Assembly: GCA_963796055.1 (NCBI GenBank)
Contig: CAWCKH010000004.1
Coordinates: 1,664,001 to 1,728,000, forward strand
Direction: 5' to 3'
From: an uncultured delta proteobacterium
GTDB lineage: Bacteria > Myxococcota > Myxococcia > Myxococcales > Myxococcaceae
Length of the DNA: 64,000 nt
Below, piece by piece: positions 51,192 through 60,882 of this stretch (position 1 is the stretch's first letter; the number at the start of each line of letters is the position of its first letter). Under the pieces are notes generated by a model, which searched no databases, was not told where the DNA came from, and was given only the letters and a program-made list of their open reading frames with translations. The position numbers were made by a program, and so were the translations under genes.

Positions 51192-52543
51192 CGCCGCCTC
51201 CCCCGCGAGAGCAGCACAGCACCGGCGGCCAGGAGTCCGAGGCTGGCCGTCATCCCGAGCAGGCCTCGCCGGTTCGCCTTGCCCCGGACCACCGGGAGGC
51301 GCGAGAGGTCCGGTAGACGGCCGAGGGGCCGGTGATCGACGGCCTTCACCGCCTCGAGGACCGGGAAGGTCCGTTCCGCCGCCGCGAGGGCCAGCGCCGA
51401 GGGGCTCCGCACCAGGAGGTCGGCGGCGAGGAGGTTTCCCCGGAGATGGTCGAAGAGGCTGGAGAGGACGTACTCCCCATCGCTCCGCCCGTCGCCGTCG
51501 AGGTCCGGCCAGTCGTTGTCCGACCAGAAGTTCCCATCGAAGGAAGTGTCGGTTCGCCGGCCCACCAGGGTGAGCGGGCTCAGATTGCCGAGGAAGGCGT
51601 TGTCCTCGAAGCTGTTGGCGGCGCAGGAGTCGAAGAGGACGATCGCCGCGTCCGAGTCGGCGATCAGGTTCCGGCGGAAGACGTTGCGCCGCGAGCCCTC
51701 CAGGAAGAGGCCGCGGGCGTTGTCCAGGAGCACGTTGTCCTCGGCGACGGAGTCCTCGCAGGACTGGCAGAGCACGCCCACCGAGGCGAAGCCGCGGTTG
51801 TGGAGGAACTGATTGCGCCGGAGGATGAGCCTCCGCGAATACATCAGCACTCCGCCGGCCGCGCTGTTCTCGAAGACATTCTCCTCGAACGCGTTGTCGT
51901 CCGAGTACATGAAGTGCAGCCCGTAACGGACGTTCCGGACCACGTTGCCTCGCATCCTTCCGCCCGAGGAGGACTGGATGTAGAGCCCGTCGCGCGACAA
52001 ATCGATGCTGTTCCCGGTGAGCTCGAAGCCCCGGGTGTTCCAGATGTGGATCCCCGAGCCTTTCTCGCCATCCTCCTTGCCCGGGATTCCGTGGATCTCG
52101 CAACGATCAATCCGCGCTCCGTCGGCGGCTCGGAGATAGATGCCGAACAGCGCGCCGCTGATCCGGCAGTCGCGGGCGGTGAAGCCGGACGCTGCGACGT
52201 GGATTCCCGAAGAGTCCCGGTCGATGGAGCCGCCCCCGCGCCCGTCGATGTCGAACCCCTCGACGGTCACTCCCGGGGCGCGCACCCGGACCACGCTGCC
52301 CTTCCCCGACCCCACCAGCCGCGGCCGCCCATGGCCGACCAGGGTCACGGGGCGGTCGAGCACCAGATCTCCGGGGTATTCGCCCGGGTCGACGTCGATG
52401 CGTTCACCTGGAGCCGCGGCATCCACGCGAGGCTGGAGAACGGAGGCTTCCCCGGGCGGAGGCCTCTCCTCGAGCGCCCCCGGCTCGATGGCCGACATCT
52501 CGGGGCCACCGGCAGCGAGCGCCATGAGGAGGAGCTGGATCAC
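51188..52543 (-). CDS. nosD: Periplasmic beta-helix maturation protein
   Basis: GIHIWN, RDGLY, RYGLHFMYS, GNFWSD..DLDGDG. Confidence 0.92.
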   Translation of the reverse strand: MIQLLLMALAAGGPEMSAIEPGALEERPPPGEASVLQPRVDAAAPGERIDVDPGEYPGDLVLDRPVTLVGHGRPRLVGSGKGSVVRVRAPGVTVEGFDIDGRGGGSIDRDSSGIHVAASGFTARDCRISGALFGIYLRAADGARIDRCEIHGIPGKEDGEKGSGIHIWNTRGFELTGNSIDLSRDGLYIQSSSGGRMRGNVVRNVRYGLHFMYSDDNAFEENVFENSAAGGVLMYSRRLILRRNQFLHNRGFASVGVLCQSCEDSVAEDNVLLDNARGLFLEGSRRNVFRRNLIADSDAAIVLFDSCAANSFEDNAFLGNLSPLTLVGRRTDTSFDGNFWSDNDWPDLDGDGRSDGEYVLSSLFDHLRGNLLAADLLVRSPSALALAAAERTFPVLEAVKAVDHRPLGRLPDLSRLPVVRGKANRRGLLGMTASLGLLAAGAVLLSRGRRR

Positions 52544-53193
52544 CGTGCAGGCTCGCCAGCCGGGACGCTCGCCTGCACTCGCCTGCGGCGAAGGGCGAAC
52601 AGCATCGCCGCGGCCAGCAGCAAGACCACGAGAAGCATGGCGTAGGTCCCGAGCTTGGGAAACGAGTAGACGTCGAAGTTGGCCAGCTTCGCGTGGCCGA
52701 AGAGCGGGGGCATGAACGGGGCCACGTGCACCGCGGCCTGAGGCGACAGGTCGTGCCCGTACCGGTACAGGGTGTAGCCGAACGACCAGAGCGAGAAGAG
52801 ACCGAAGTAGGTGAAGAGGACGCTCACGTCGAGCAGCTGCGCCACCCGGCCGTGCACCGCGGCCCGCAGAAAGAGCAGCGCCAGTACCCCCAGGGCGAAG
52901 GGCAGCCAGCGGAACTGCGTGAAGTCCTCCTCCGTCAGGTCCTTCATCCCGATGTAATGGTTCAGGACGTTGATCTCCCGGACATCCTGACCCCGGTTCC
53001 CGCCCTGGAGCTTGAAGCTATAGATGTCCAGCCGCAGCCCGTCGGGGTACTGCGGCGCAAACATCGTCAGGTTCCAGAGGGGAAGGAAGTTGGCCAGCAC
53101 CGCCACCAGCGCGGCAAGGGCGAGGAGTGCCCGTGGATTCCAGCCCAGCGGCCGGTCGAGCAGCTGCTGCTCCTTCTCCAGCACCGAAGCCAT
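52540..53193 (-). CDS. nosB: Clade II nos membrane protein (NosB-like)
   Basis: PLW...APQYPDGL..INVLNHYIGM..YGHDL.P.A..F.PP..G.KL.NF. Confidence 0.8.
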   Translation of the reverse strand: MASVLEKEQQLLDRPLGWNPRALLALAALVAVLANFLPLWNLTMFAPQYPDGLRLDIYSFKLQGGNRGQDVREINVLNHYIGMKDLTEEDFTQFRWLPFALGVLALLFLRAAVHGRVAQLLDVSVLFTYFGLFSLWSFGYTLYRYGHDLSPQAAVHVAPFMPPLFGHAKLANFDVYSFPKLGTYAMLLVVLLLAAAMLFALRRRRVQASVPAGEPAR

Positions 53194-53221
53194 GGAACAC
53201 CCCTCGCCGGCGGCGCGGCTG

Positions 53222-55084
53222 TCAGTTCACCGTCGGGCTCACGACCAGGTATCCTTGCATCTCCTGGTGCAGCGCCGAGCAGAAGTTGGTGCAGTAGTAA
53301 GGGAAGACGCCCTGCTTGTCGGCCTTGAAGGTGACCGTCTTGGTCTCCCCCGGATCGACCACCACGTTGATGTTGTAGTCGAGCAAGGCAAAGCCATGGA
53401 GCTCGTCGGTGGTCTGCTCGATGTTGGTGAGCGCCACGGTGACGAGGTCGCCCGGCTTCACGGTGAAGTTGGTGGGAGTGATGGTGGAGCGGGTGAGGAT
53501 CGCCTTCACCGTCACCTTGTTTCCTTGCCGGGTGACGCCGGTGTCCTTCAGGTCCCAGACCGCCAGCGGGTGCTTGTTCTCCTCCTTGGGGTAGACCTCG
53601 ATGGGGTGGAGCTTGCTGGCGCGGATGATCTGCGCGTAGTGCGGCTCGGGCTCGGTGAAGGCGTCGTAGAGCAGCTTCATCTTCTCGCCCGAGATGTCCA
53701 CCAGCTGCGAGGACTCGGGCTGGGAGGGACCGACCGAGAGGTGCCGCCCGTGGGAGAGCTTGTTCAGCCCCACCAGGAACCGGCCCTGTGGCTCGACCGT
53801 GTCGCCCTCGGCCGCGGCGAGGTGGCCGATGGAATAGGACATGGGCGTCTTGTCCACCACCTCCCAGGTGCCGAGCTTCCACTTGGCGATCGCGCTGTCG
53901 ATGAAGAGCGACGTGTAGGCGTACCCGTCGGGACCGAACTGGGTGTGGAGCGGTCCGAGGCCCACCGGCACCTCGGCATCCTTGATGCTCTCGTACTTGA
54001 GCACCGGGATTCCGTCCTCGTCACCGGTGAAGTCCTTGTTGCGGATGGCGGTCTGGATCTTCTCGAAGTTGAAGGCGGTGGTGATGCCGGCCAGCTTCCC
54101 CGAGCCGACGATGTACTTGCCGTCCGGAGAGACGTCGACCCCATGCGGCGACTTCCCGCAAGGCATGAAGAACACCAGGCCCGGAACCTCTCGCGGATCG
54201 AGGACCTTCACCCCGCCGATCATCTTCCCCTTTCCCTCGGCAGAGGCCTTCTCCGCCACCCGCCAGTCCACCGCGGCGATGTAGTCCCGATCCTTCTGCG
54301 AGGCGGTCACCTCCAGCTTCCCGGTGGCCCGCTCGGTGTTGTAGCTGGTGAAGAACATCCACCCGTTGGAGACCTTCTTCCCCGCGTCGCCCAGGTCGTA
54401 GTCGAAGGGCGGCATCACGATCTCCCAGCCCAGCGACATCTCACCGGTCTTGGGATCGATCTTGATGCCCGCCAGCACGCCCTTGTAATCGGTGGCGTAC
54501 TTCTCCACCGGGAGCGCCGTTCCCTTGGGGATGGGGATGGAGAAGCGGGTCCCCATCATCGCGTACTCGGTGTTGGGAGTGACGAAGCTGGAGGAGTGGT
54601 TCCCCGAGACGTTGGGAATGGGCCCCAGGATCTGCTTGGTCTTGAAGTCCCGGAGGTCGATGCGGGCGATCCGCCCGTTCATGTCGTTGATGAACAGCCA
54701 GCGGCCGTCGTAGGCGCCGTTGGTCTCCGAGAGCGCGGGGTGGTGCGCGTCGCCCCAGGTGAGGTTTCCCAGCATCTTCTTGGTGTCGTCGTCGAAGCCG
54801 TAGCCGGTCGCCGGATAGGGGGTGAACACCGGGATGGTGGAGAGGTGGCGCATCGAGGGGATGCCGTAGACGTAGACTTGGCCCGAGTGCCCGCCCGAGG
54901 CGAACATGTAGAACTCGTCCAGGTCTCCGGGCGGCACGTAGGTCTTCTGGGCAGCCACCGCGATGTCCGAGGTCACCGCCCCGCCCGGCCTCGCCGCCTG
55001 CTTCGGCGGGGTGGGCGCGCAGGTCACGACGAAGGCCGCCACCGCCAGCCCCGCGCCCAACAGAATCTTGGTCCTGGTCTTCAT
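53222..55084 (-). CDS. nosZ: Sec-dependent (clade II) nitrous oxide reductase
   Basis: SGGHSGQ, DAHH, GNH, PHG, GPLH, GHL, EPH (CuZ); HGF..CTNFCSALHQEM (CuA); no twin-arginine motif. Confidence 0.96.
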   Translation of the reverse strand: MKTRTKILLGAGLAVAAFVVTCAPTPPKQAARPGGAVTSDIAVAAQKTYVPPGDLDEFYMFASGGHSGQVYVYGIPSMRHLSTIPVFTPYPATGYGFDDDTKKMLGNLTWGDAHHPALSETNGAYDGRWLFINDMNGRIARIDLRDFKTKQILGPIPNVSGNHSSSFVTPNTEYAMMGTRFSIPIPKGTALPVEKYATDYKGVLAGIKIDPKTGEMSLGWEIVMPPFDYDLGDAGKKVSNGWMFFTSYNTERATGKLEVTASQKDRDYIAAVDWRVAEKASAEGKGKMIGGVKVLDPREVPGLVFFMPCGKSPHGVDVSPDGKYIVGSGKLAGITTAFNFEKIQTAIRNKDFTGDEDGIPVLKYESIKDAEVPVGLGPLHTQFGPDGYAYTSLFIDSAIAKWKLGTWEVVDKTPMSYSIGHLAAAEGDTVEPQGRFLVGLNKLSHGRHLSVGPSQPESSQLVDISGEKMKLLYDAFTEPEPHYAQIIRASKLHPIEVYPKEENKHPLAVWDLKDTGVTRQGNKVTVKAILTRSTITPTNFTVKPGDLVTVALTNIEQTTDELHGFALLDYNINVVVDPGETKTVTFKADKQGVFPYYCTNFCSALHQEMQGYLVVSPTVN

Positions 55085-55097
55085 GCTGCGCTCCCTT

Positions 55098-56327
55098 CTA
55101 GTGGCCCCCAGTGGAGGGGCCGTTCGCCGCACCCTTCTGCCGAAGGTGCTCGGCAAAGGCTTCGCGGAGCTTCTGGATCGCGACCTGCTTCTCGTCGGGG
55201 GTGAGGACGATCTGCCGCGAGAGCACCACCGACATGGTCCCGGTGGGCGCAGCGATGAAGTCGTCGATGGTGCGCCCGAAGCGGGCCTGCACGTCCTCGA
55301 CCGCGACCGACAGGTCGGGGCCGATCTGTGCCGGGCTCTTCACCCCGTAGACCGAGATCGAATGACAAACGAAGCACCCGGTCTTCACGAACCACGCGCC
55401 TGGGCCGGTGCGCATCCGGGCCTCGGCCTCGCGCTCTTCCTTGGTCTGCGGCTCGCTGTGCGGAGCACCGGAGAGGAACGAGGCAGGGAGCGACTCCCTC
55501 CGCCAGGAGAGCACGAGCATCGCCAGGGCCTGCGCCTCCTTGGTGGAGAAGTGGAAATTGGGCATCACCGTGTCCTGCACCAGCGTCCGCGGGTCCTTGA
55601 GGTGGGCCACGTGCCAGGCGAAGGCGGTCTGCTGCCCGGAGAGATGGCTGTAGTCGTACTGCTCTGCAGGCTTGTCCCCCACGTAGGTGAGCTCCGGCCC
55701 GATGGTGCCACCGCGCCCGTTGATCACGTGGCAGGCGCGGCAGCCCTTCTCGTTCACCAGGGCCTTGGCCAGGTTGATCGCCTCGGCGCCTTTCGTCTCG
55801 CGGTCGTAGCGGTGGCAGACGTTGCACTGCATCTGCATCAGCGAGGAGGACGGCAGGGCCAGGGAGTACGACTCACCGAGGGCCTTCCCCAGCACCGGCT
55901 CCTCCCAGTGCTCGACCGGTCCGTGCGCTTCCTGCGGGTCGACCGCGTACCCCTGTCCTCCGTGGCAGGAGGTACAGCCGAACCGGGAGGTGGGGTGGCT
56001 CCGGAGAATCTCCCGGGGGTGGCTCTTGAACGGTTCCTCGGCAGTCTCGAACCCCGACCAGCTCACCGCCTGATGGCAGGTGATGCAGCGGTCGGCCCGC
56101 TGCAGCTCGGGAACCCAGATCTGCTGCGTCCCGGACGGAATCGCCGCAGCCTTCGGGGCCCCGAACTTCTCGGTGACCCGGCGCCGGAACTCGCCCTGGT
56201 ACCAGCGCCAGTCGTGCCGGCGGTCGCTCCAGGCGAAGAGGAGGGTGGAGACGATCAGCAGCACCCCCACCCCGGCGAGCACGGTGCGGTCCCGCTTGGC
56301 GAAGGACGCGGTGCGGAGCGGTTCCAT
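55098..56327 (-). CDS. Membrane-anchored pentaheme cytochrome c
   Basis: CITCH, CTSCH, CNVCH, CRACH, CFVCH; N-terminal TM. Confidence 0.88.
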   Translation of the reverse strand: MEPLRTASFAKRDRTVLAGVGVLLIVSTLLFAWSDRRHDWRWYQGEFRRRVTEKFGAPKAAAIPSGTQQIWVPELQRADRCITCHQAVSWSGFETAEEPFKSHPREILRSHPTSRFGCTSCHGGQGYAVDPQEAHGPVEHWEEPVLGKALGESYSLALPSSSLMQMQCNVCHRYDRETKGAEAINLAKALVNEKGCRACHVINGRGGTIGPELTYVGDKPAEQYDYSHLSGQQTAFAWHVAHLKDPRTLVQDTVMPNFHFSTKEAQALAMLVLSWRRESLPASFLSGAPHSEPQTKEEREAEARMRTGPGAWFVKTGCFVCHSISVYGVKSPAQIGPDLSVAVEDVQARFGRTIDDFIAAPTGTMSVVLSRQIVLTPDEKQVAIQKLREAFAEHLRQKGAANGPSTGGH

Positions 56328-56329
56328 CG

Positions 56330-57658
56330 TCAGATCCTCGAGGGCACCTGGGGCCAGCTCTCCCAGGGCCAGTAGTAGTGCCAGTAGGGGCCGCGGCAGA
56401 ACGTGCCGACCAGCGTCAGGAGCAGCACCCCGAGCACGAAGAGCAGGAACACCGCGTTCTGCAGGCGGCGGTTCCGCGGGAACCACTGCCCGGCTTCGTT
56501 GGCGGGGCTCCGGTCCAGCCACGGCCAGAGCGTGAGCAGCACCAGGAGCGCGCCGGGAAGCAGCACCCCGCCGAGGAAGGCCCCGTTCACGGTGAAGCTG
56601 CCAATGTGGAAGGTGGTGTCGGTGACGATTTCTTGTAACCAGAGGAAGTACCAGGGGGCCTTGGCCGGATTGGGCGTGACCAGCGGGTTGGCCGGCTCCT
56701 CCAGCGGGGAGCGGACGAAGACCGCGAGCATGCTCAGCGCGGCGATGGTCCCCAGCACCACGATGCTGATCCGCCGCACCACATCTGGCACCGAGTTGAC
56801 CAGCTCATCCGGCGCCTGCAGCGTGGTCGCCCGGACCGTGGGGCCCGTCCCGCGGGCGATGCCCAGGAGCGAGTAGGTCTTGGTCGGCGACGGGGGCTGC
56901 TCCACCTTGGTCGCCGCCAGCCCCAGCTGGTCGGCGCGGGCCAGCCCTCCGTCCTTGCGCACCCGCCACATGTGGTAGGCGAACAGCACGCCCAGCAGCC
57001 CCGGCAGGAAGACGATGTGCAGCACGTAGAAGCGCAGCAGCGTCGGCTGATCGATGTTCCGCCCGCCGATGAGCAGCTCGCGCACCGTGGGGCCGATGGC
57101 CGGGATGGAGGCGGCGATGTTGGTCCCCACCGTCACCGCCCAGAAGGCCAGCTGATCCCAGGGCAGGAGGTAGCCGGTGAAGGAGAGGAAGAGGGTGACC
57201 ACCAGCATCGCCACCCCGAGCACCCAGTTCCACTCGCGGCGCTGCGCCCGGCCGTGCGCGTTCTTGTACGCCCCGGTGAGGAACACCCGGACCAGGTGGA
57301 GGAACACCACCGCCACCATGAGGTGGGCGGAGAGCCGGTGCACTGCGCGGATCCAGCTCCCGAAGGTCACCACGTACTCGATGTCCTTCACCGAGAGGTA
57401 GGCCCGCTCCACCGAGGGGATGTGGAGGAACATCAGCGGGAGGCCGGAGAGGATCAGGAGGAGGAACAGCGCCGCCGACACCGTGCCCAGCCAGAAGGAG
57501 TAGCTCCAGGCCAGCGAGCGCCGGTAGCTCCGGGCCGGGAACCAGTGCAGGGCGAAGTTGGAGGCCACTGCATCGCCGGCCTCCCGGTCCGAGCGTGGGC
57601 GAACGCTCCAGAGCCTTCGGGGTCGGACGCCGGGAGCGCTGTCGAGGGGCTTGGTCAT
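56330..57658 (-). CDS. Cytochrome b (b6-like fused to subunit IV)
   Basis: RAVH..FLH, GYLLPWDQ, LH-x14-YH, NPAKAPWYF. Confidence 0.9.
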   Translation of the reverse strand: MTKPLDSAPGVRPRRLWSVRPRSDREAGDAVASNFALHWFPARSYRRSLAWSYSFWLGTVSAALFLLLILSGLPLMFLHIPSVERAYLSVKDIEYVVTFGSWIRAVHRLSAHLMVAVVFLHLVRVFLTGAYKNAHGRAQRREWNWVLGVAMLVVTLFLSFTGYLLPWDQLAFWAVTVGTNIAASIPAIGPTVRELLIGGRNIDQPTLLRFYVLHIVFLPGLLGVLFAYHMWRVRKDGGLARADQLGLAATKVEQPPSPTKTYSLLGIARGTGPTVRATTLQAPDELVNSVPDVVRRISIVVLGTIAALSMLAVFVRSPLEEPANPLVTPNPAKAPWYFLWLQEIVTDTTFHIGSFTVNGAFLGGVLLPGALLVLLTLWPWLDRSPANEAGQWFPRNRRLQNAVFLLFVLGVLLLTLVGTFCRGPYWHYYWPWESWPQVPSRI

Positions 57659-57666
57659 GACGGGTC

Positions 57667-58179
57667 TCAGGCGACGGTGAGCCGGAAGTCGCGCTCCACC
57701 GGTTGGGCGAGGTCCACCACCAGCTGCCCGTCGTCGGAGGCGACCGAGAGCTCGTACCAGGCCAGCGGCCGGGGGGCGGGTCCGGCGACGTTGGTCCCGT
57801 CCCCGGCGTACTTCGAGCCGTGGCAGGGGCACAGGAAGCGGTGGGTGAGACGGGTCGACTTTCCGCCCACCTCCTTCGTCTCGGGATTGGAGAGTGCCTC
57901 GGCCCTCACCGTGCAGCCGAGATGGGTGCAGACCGCGGATATGGCGTGAAAGATGTGCCCCTCGCGAAAGACGAAGAGGCGCTCGTCCGGGAGGTACTTC
58001 AGCCCTTCGGGGTACTCGGAGGGCAGCCCGAGCTTCACCGTGGTGGGCGAGTCGTAGGACACGTTGGGGACCAGCGAGCGGAGCGCCGCTCCGGCCTGTG
58101 CCCCCAGCGCCACCAGTCCGGTGCCAATTCCCACCGTCTTGAGGAGCTCGCGCCGGTTGGGCTGCTTCTTCTCGCTCAT
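57667..58179 (-). CDS. Rieske [2Fe-2S] protein
   Basis: Tat NRRELLK; CTHLGC, CPCHGSKY, GPAPRPL. Confidence 0.92.
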   Translation of the reverse strand: MSEKKQPNRRELLKTVGIGTGLVALGAQAGAALRSLVPNVSYDSPTTVKLGLPSEYPEGLKYLPDERLFVFREGHIFHAISAVCTHLGCTVRAEALSNPETKEVGGKSTRLTHRFLCPCHGSKYAGDGTNVAGPAPRPLAWYELSVASDDGQLVVDLAQPVERDFRLTVA

Positions 58180-60101
58180 GACACCTCCTCGAAGCGCTCG
58201 GTGATGGTGAATCGCTCCATGGTCATTGCGTCGGTCGGGCAGCGGATGGCGCACAGTCCGCACCGGATGCAGGCCGTGTCGTCCTTGAGCAGGGCGGTCA
58301 GCGGCAGGTCCGAGTCCTGCGACGCCACCCGCGCCAGCGCGGCCCGCTCGTCCTCGGGGAGGGCGAGCTGCTCGAGGGGGACGAAGGCCAGGCACTTCTC
58401 CGGGCAAACGTCCACGCAGCGGCCGCAGAGGACGCAGGCCTCGGGGTCGTAGATGGTCTGCACGTGACAGACCAGGCAGCGCGCCGCCTGTATCCGGGCC
58501 TCGGCGTCGCCGTAGCCAATCTCCACCTCGGCGATGCCGGTGCGGCGGCCCACGTCGAGCGTCGGGGGAGCCTCACGGTCGAGCAGCTCGAAGCCGGCGA
58601 CCATCCGGTACTGGGCCGTGGGGATCTTCTCCACCTCCATCCAGGCGCGCCGCCGCGCGCGGCCGTGCGCCAGGTATTCGTGGATGGAACGGGCAGCACG
58701 CTTGCCGTTGGCCACCGCCTCGATGAGGTTCCGGGGGCCGAAGGCCACGTCGCCTCCGGCGTAGACGCCCGGGGCGGAGGTGGCGAGGGTCTCGGGGTCC
58801 ACGCGGATCGCTCCCGAGGGAGCGAGCGCCACTCCGTCGCCGGGATGAAGGAAGGAGAGATCCGCCGTCTGCCCCACCGCGAGCACGCAGGCGTCCGCGG
58901 CGAGCGACTCGACGTCGGCGTCGTCGTAGGTAGGGGCGAAGCGGCCGCTCGCGTCGAAGACGGCCAGCACGCGACGGAGCTCCACCGACTGGAGCCGTTT
59001 CTCGCCGAGGAAGCGGAGCGGGCCGCGCCGGGTGACGAAGCGGATGCCCTCGCGCTTGGCCTCCTCGAACTCCTCCTTGCCCTGGGTGGTCCGGAGGACC
59101 GGCATCTCCTCGAAGTTCTCCAGGGAGACGACGGTCACCTCCATCGAGCCGCTCCGGAGCGCGGCTCGCGCCACGTCCAGCGATTCCTGGAGCCGCGCCT
59201 CGCCGGTCTCGGTCTCGGGCTGCGGTGCCTCCTGTCCGGCGCGCAGCGCGGTCCGGGCAGCGTCGAAGGCGACGAACCCTCCGCCGACGACCACCACCCG
59301 CTGGCCAAGGTTCATCCGGTAGCCGCGGTTGACGTTGAGCAGGTAGTCGACTGCCTTCACCACCCCGTCCAGCTCCACCCCGGGGACGTTCAGGTCCCGC
59401 CCGCGCGAGACGCCCACCGAGACGAAGACCGCCTGGAAGTCATCGGCCTTGAGCTGGGACAGCCCGAAGGACGGAGTCAGGGCGGTGTTGAGCCGCAGCT
59501 CCACCCCGAGCTCGAGGATCTTGTTGATCTCCGACTGGATCAACGCCCGGGGCAGCCGGTACTCGGGAATGCCGAAGCGCATCATCCCCCCGGCCTCGGC
59601 CGCGGCGTCGAACACGGTGACGCGGTAGCCCAGGAGGGCCAGGTCGTGTGCCGCCGACAGCCCCGCCGGGCCTGCACCGACCACCGCAATCTTTGCGCCG
59701 CGGACCGGCGCAGGCCCGGGGACCACCGGGAGGTGGAAGGCGAAGCGGTTCCCTTCCGAGACGAGGGTCTGCCGCAGGGAGTCCTGGGTGTCGGGCCGGC
59801 TCGACTCCACGCCGTAACGCTCGGTGAGATGCCGCTTCAGCGCGCGGATGGCGATCGGCGCATCGATGGCTCCGCGGCGGCAGGCGTCCTCGCACGGAGC
59901 GGCGCAGACCCGCCCGCACACCGAGGCGAACGGGTTGGGAGCCCGCGCGACGAGGAAGGCCTCCCGGTCGCGGCCCTCGCCGATGAGCTGCACGTACCGG
60001 CCGGCGTCGGTCGCAACCGGACAGCCGGCCTGACACTTCACCTGTGCCTTCCAGTCCTCCAGGTTGGGAAGGCGCGCGGCGATCGGCAGCGCGGAGCTCA
60101 T
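58176..60101 (-). CDS. FAD/NAD(P)H oxidoreductase (GltD/NfnB/DsrL-like) with C-terminal 2x[4Fe-4S] ferredoxin domain
   Basis: CQAGCP..CGRVCAAPCE..C, GAGPAG, GIPEYRL, GGGFVA, GGD; CVLCGRCVDVCP, CIRCGLCAIRCP. Confidence 0.88.
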   Translation of the reverse strand: MSSALPIAARLPNLEDWKAQVKCQAGCPVATDAGRYVQLIGEGRDREAFLVARAPNPFASVCGRVCAAPCEDACRRGAIDAPIAIRALKRHLTERYGVESSRPDTQDSLRQTLVSEGNRFAFHLPVVPGPAPVRGAKIAVVGAGPAGLSAAHDLALLGYRVTVFDAAAEAGGMMRFGIPEYRLPRALIQSEINKILELGVELRLNTALTPSFGLSQLKADDFQAVFVSVGVSRGRDLNVPGVELDGVVKAVDYLLNVNRGYRMNLGQRVVVVGGGFVAFDAARTALRAGQEAPQPETETGEARLQESLDVARAALRSGSMEVTVVSLENFEEMPVLRTTQGKEEFEEAKREGIRFVTRRGPLRFLGEKRLQSVELRRVLAVFDASGRFAPTYDDADVESLAADACVLAVGQTADLSFLHPGDGVALAPSGAIRVDPETLATSAPGVYAGGDVAFGPRNLIEAVANGKRAARSIHEYLAHGRARRRAWMEVEKIPTAQYRMVAGFELLDREAPPTLDVGRRTGIAEVEIGYGDAEARIQAARCLVCHVQTIYDPEACVLCGRCVDVCPEKCLAFVPLEQLALPEDERAALARVASQDSDLPLTALLKDDTACIRCGLCAIRCPTDAMTMERFTITERFEEVS

Positions 60102-60814
60102 CGGACACTACCCCTGTGCACTCCGGATGCCACCGGACCGACTCGCTCGAATCGCGCGGCGAGCACGTTGTTCTCGAGATGGACGTGCTCGAGCGTGTCC
60201 CGGTCCATCGCCTCGAGCTCGGACATGAGCGCCCGGTAGGTAGCGCAGGCCCAAAGCGGCGGGATGAAGCGATCACTGAGTGTGCGGAGCGTTCGCAGGG
60301 CCTCGCCCACCTGGAGGTGCTCGGCCCGCATCCGGTCGAGCTCGGCGCGGATGCGTTGGCGGGACCGGGCTCTGCCGATCAGAAGGGGAAAGAGCACCGC
60401 CTCCTCGTGTTGCAGATGGGGCTCGAGGAGCCCCCGCAGGACGCGGAGGACGGACTGGATCTCCTCCAGCGACGGCTGGCGCTCGGCGTGCGCCTCGACC
60501 ACCCTCCCGGCCAGGAGCTCGACGAGGGGAAGGGTCTTGCGCAGGTAGACGTGGTGCTGATCGACGATGCGGGCGACGAGCTGGAGCGTGGTGAGCGACC
60601 GCGGGTCGAGCCCGGGCCTTCCGGGAGGCTCTCCGGCGACCGCCGCCTCCAGCTCGGCCACCAGCGCCGCCACGTCGATGCCCCGCTCGGCGCAGGCCTC
60701 GGCGAGGGGCACCGGGCCCCGGCAGCAGAAGTCGATGTCCCGCTCGACGAGAATGCCCGCGCAGCGGGGATGCTCCAGGACGATGTGTGCGACAGGCTGG
60801 TCCGGGGCGATCAC
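60098..60814 (-). CDS. ric: Di-iron RIC protein (YtfE/DnrN/ScdA family)
   Basis: DIDFCCRG, HH.YLR, HLQHEE.VLFP, EH, HVHLENNVL. Confidence 0.87.
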   Translation of the reverse strand: MIAPDQPVAHIVLEHPRCAGILVERDIDFCCRGPVPLAEACAERGIDVAALVAELEAAVAGEPPGRPGLDPRSLTTLQLVARIVDQHHVYLRKTLPLVELLAGRVVEAHAERQPSLEEIQSVLRVLRGLLEPHLQHEEAVLFPLLIGRARSRQRIRAELDRMRAEHLQVGEALRTLRTLSDRFIPPLWACATYRALMSELEAMDRDTLEHVHLENNVLAARFERVGPVASGVHRGSVR

Positions 60815-60829
60815 GTGGACTTCGCGTGA

Positions 60830-60846
60830 AGCATCCGGCGTGCCCA
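60830..60846 (-). promoter_or_regulatory. Sigma54 (-24/-12) promoter for the ric-nos operon
   Basis: Minus strand TGGGCACGCCGGATGCT = GG-N10-GC with GGCACG/TGC. Confidence 0.6.
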
Positions 60847-60853
60847 AACGCCG

Positions 60854-60869
60854 TGGCACGATCGATGAA
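60854..60869 (+). promoter_or_regulatory. Possible divergent sigma54 promoter for ywiC
   Basis: TGGCACG-ATCG-ATGAA; perfect -24 element, non-canonical -12 (GA). Confidence 0.35.
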
Positions 60870-60882
60870 ACCGGAACGACCG

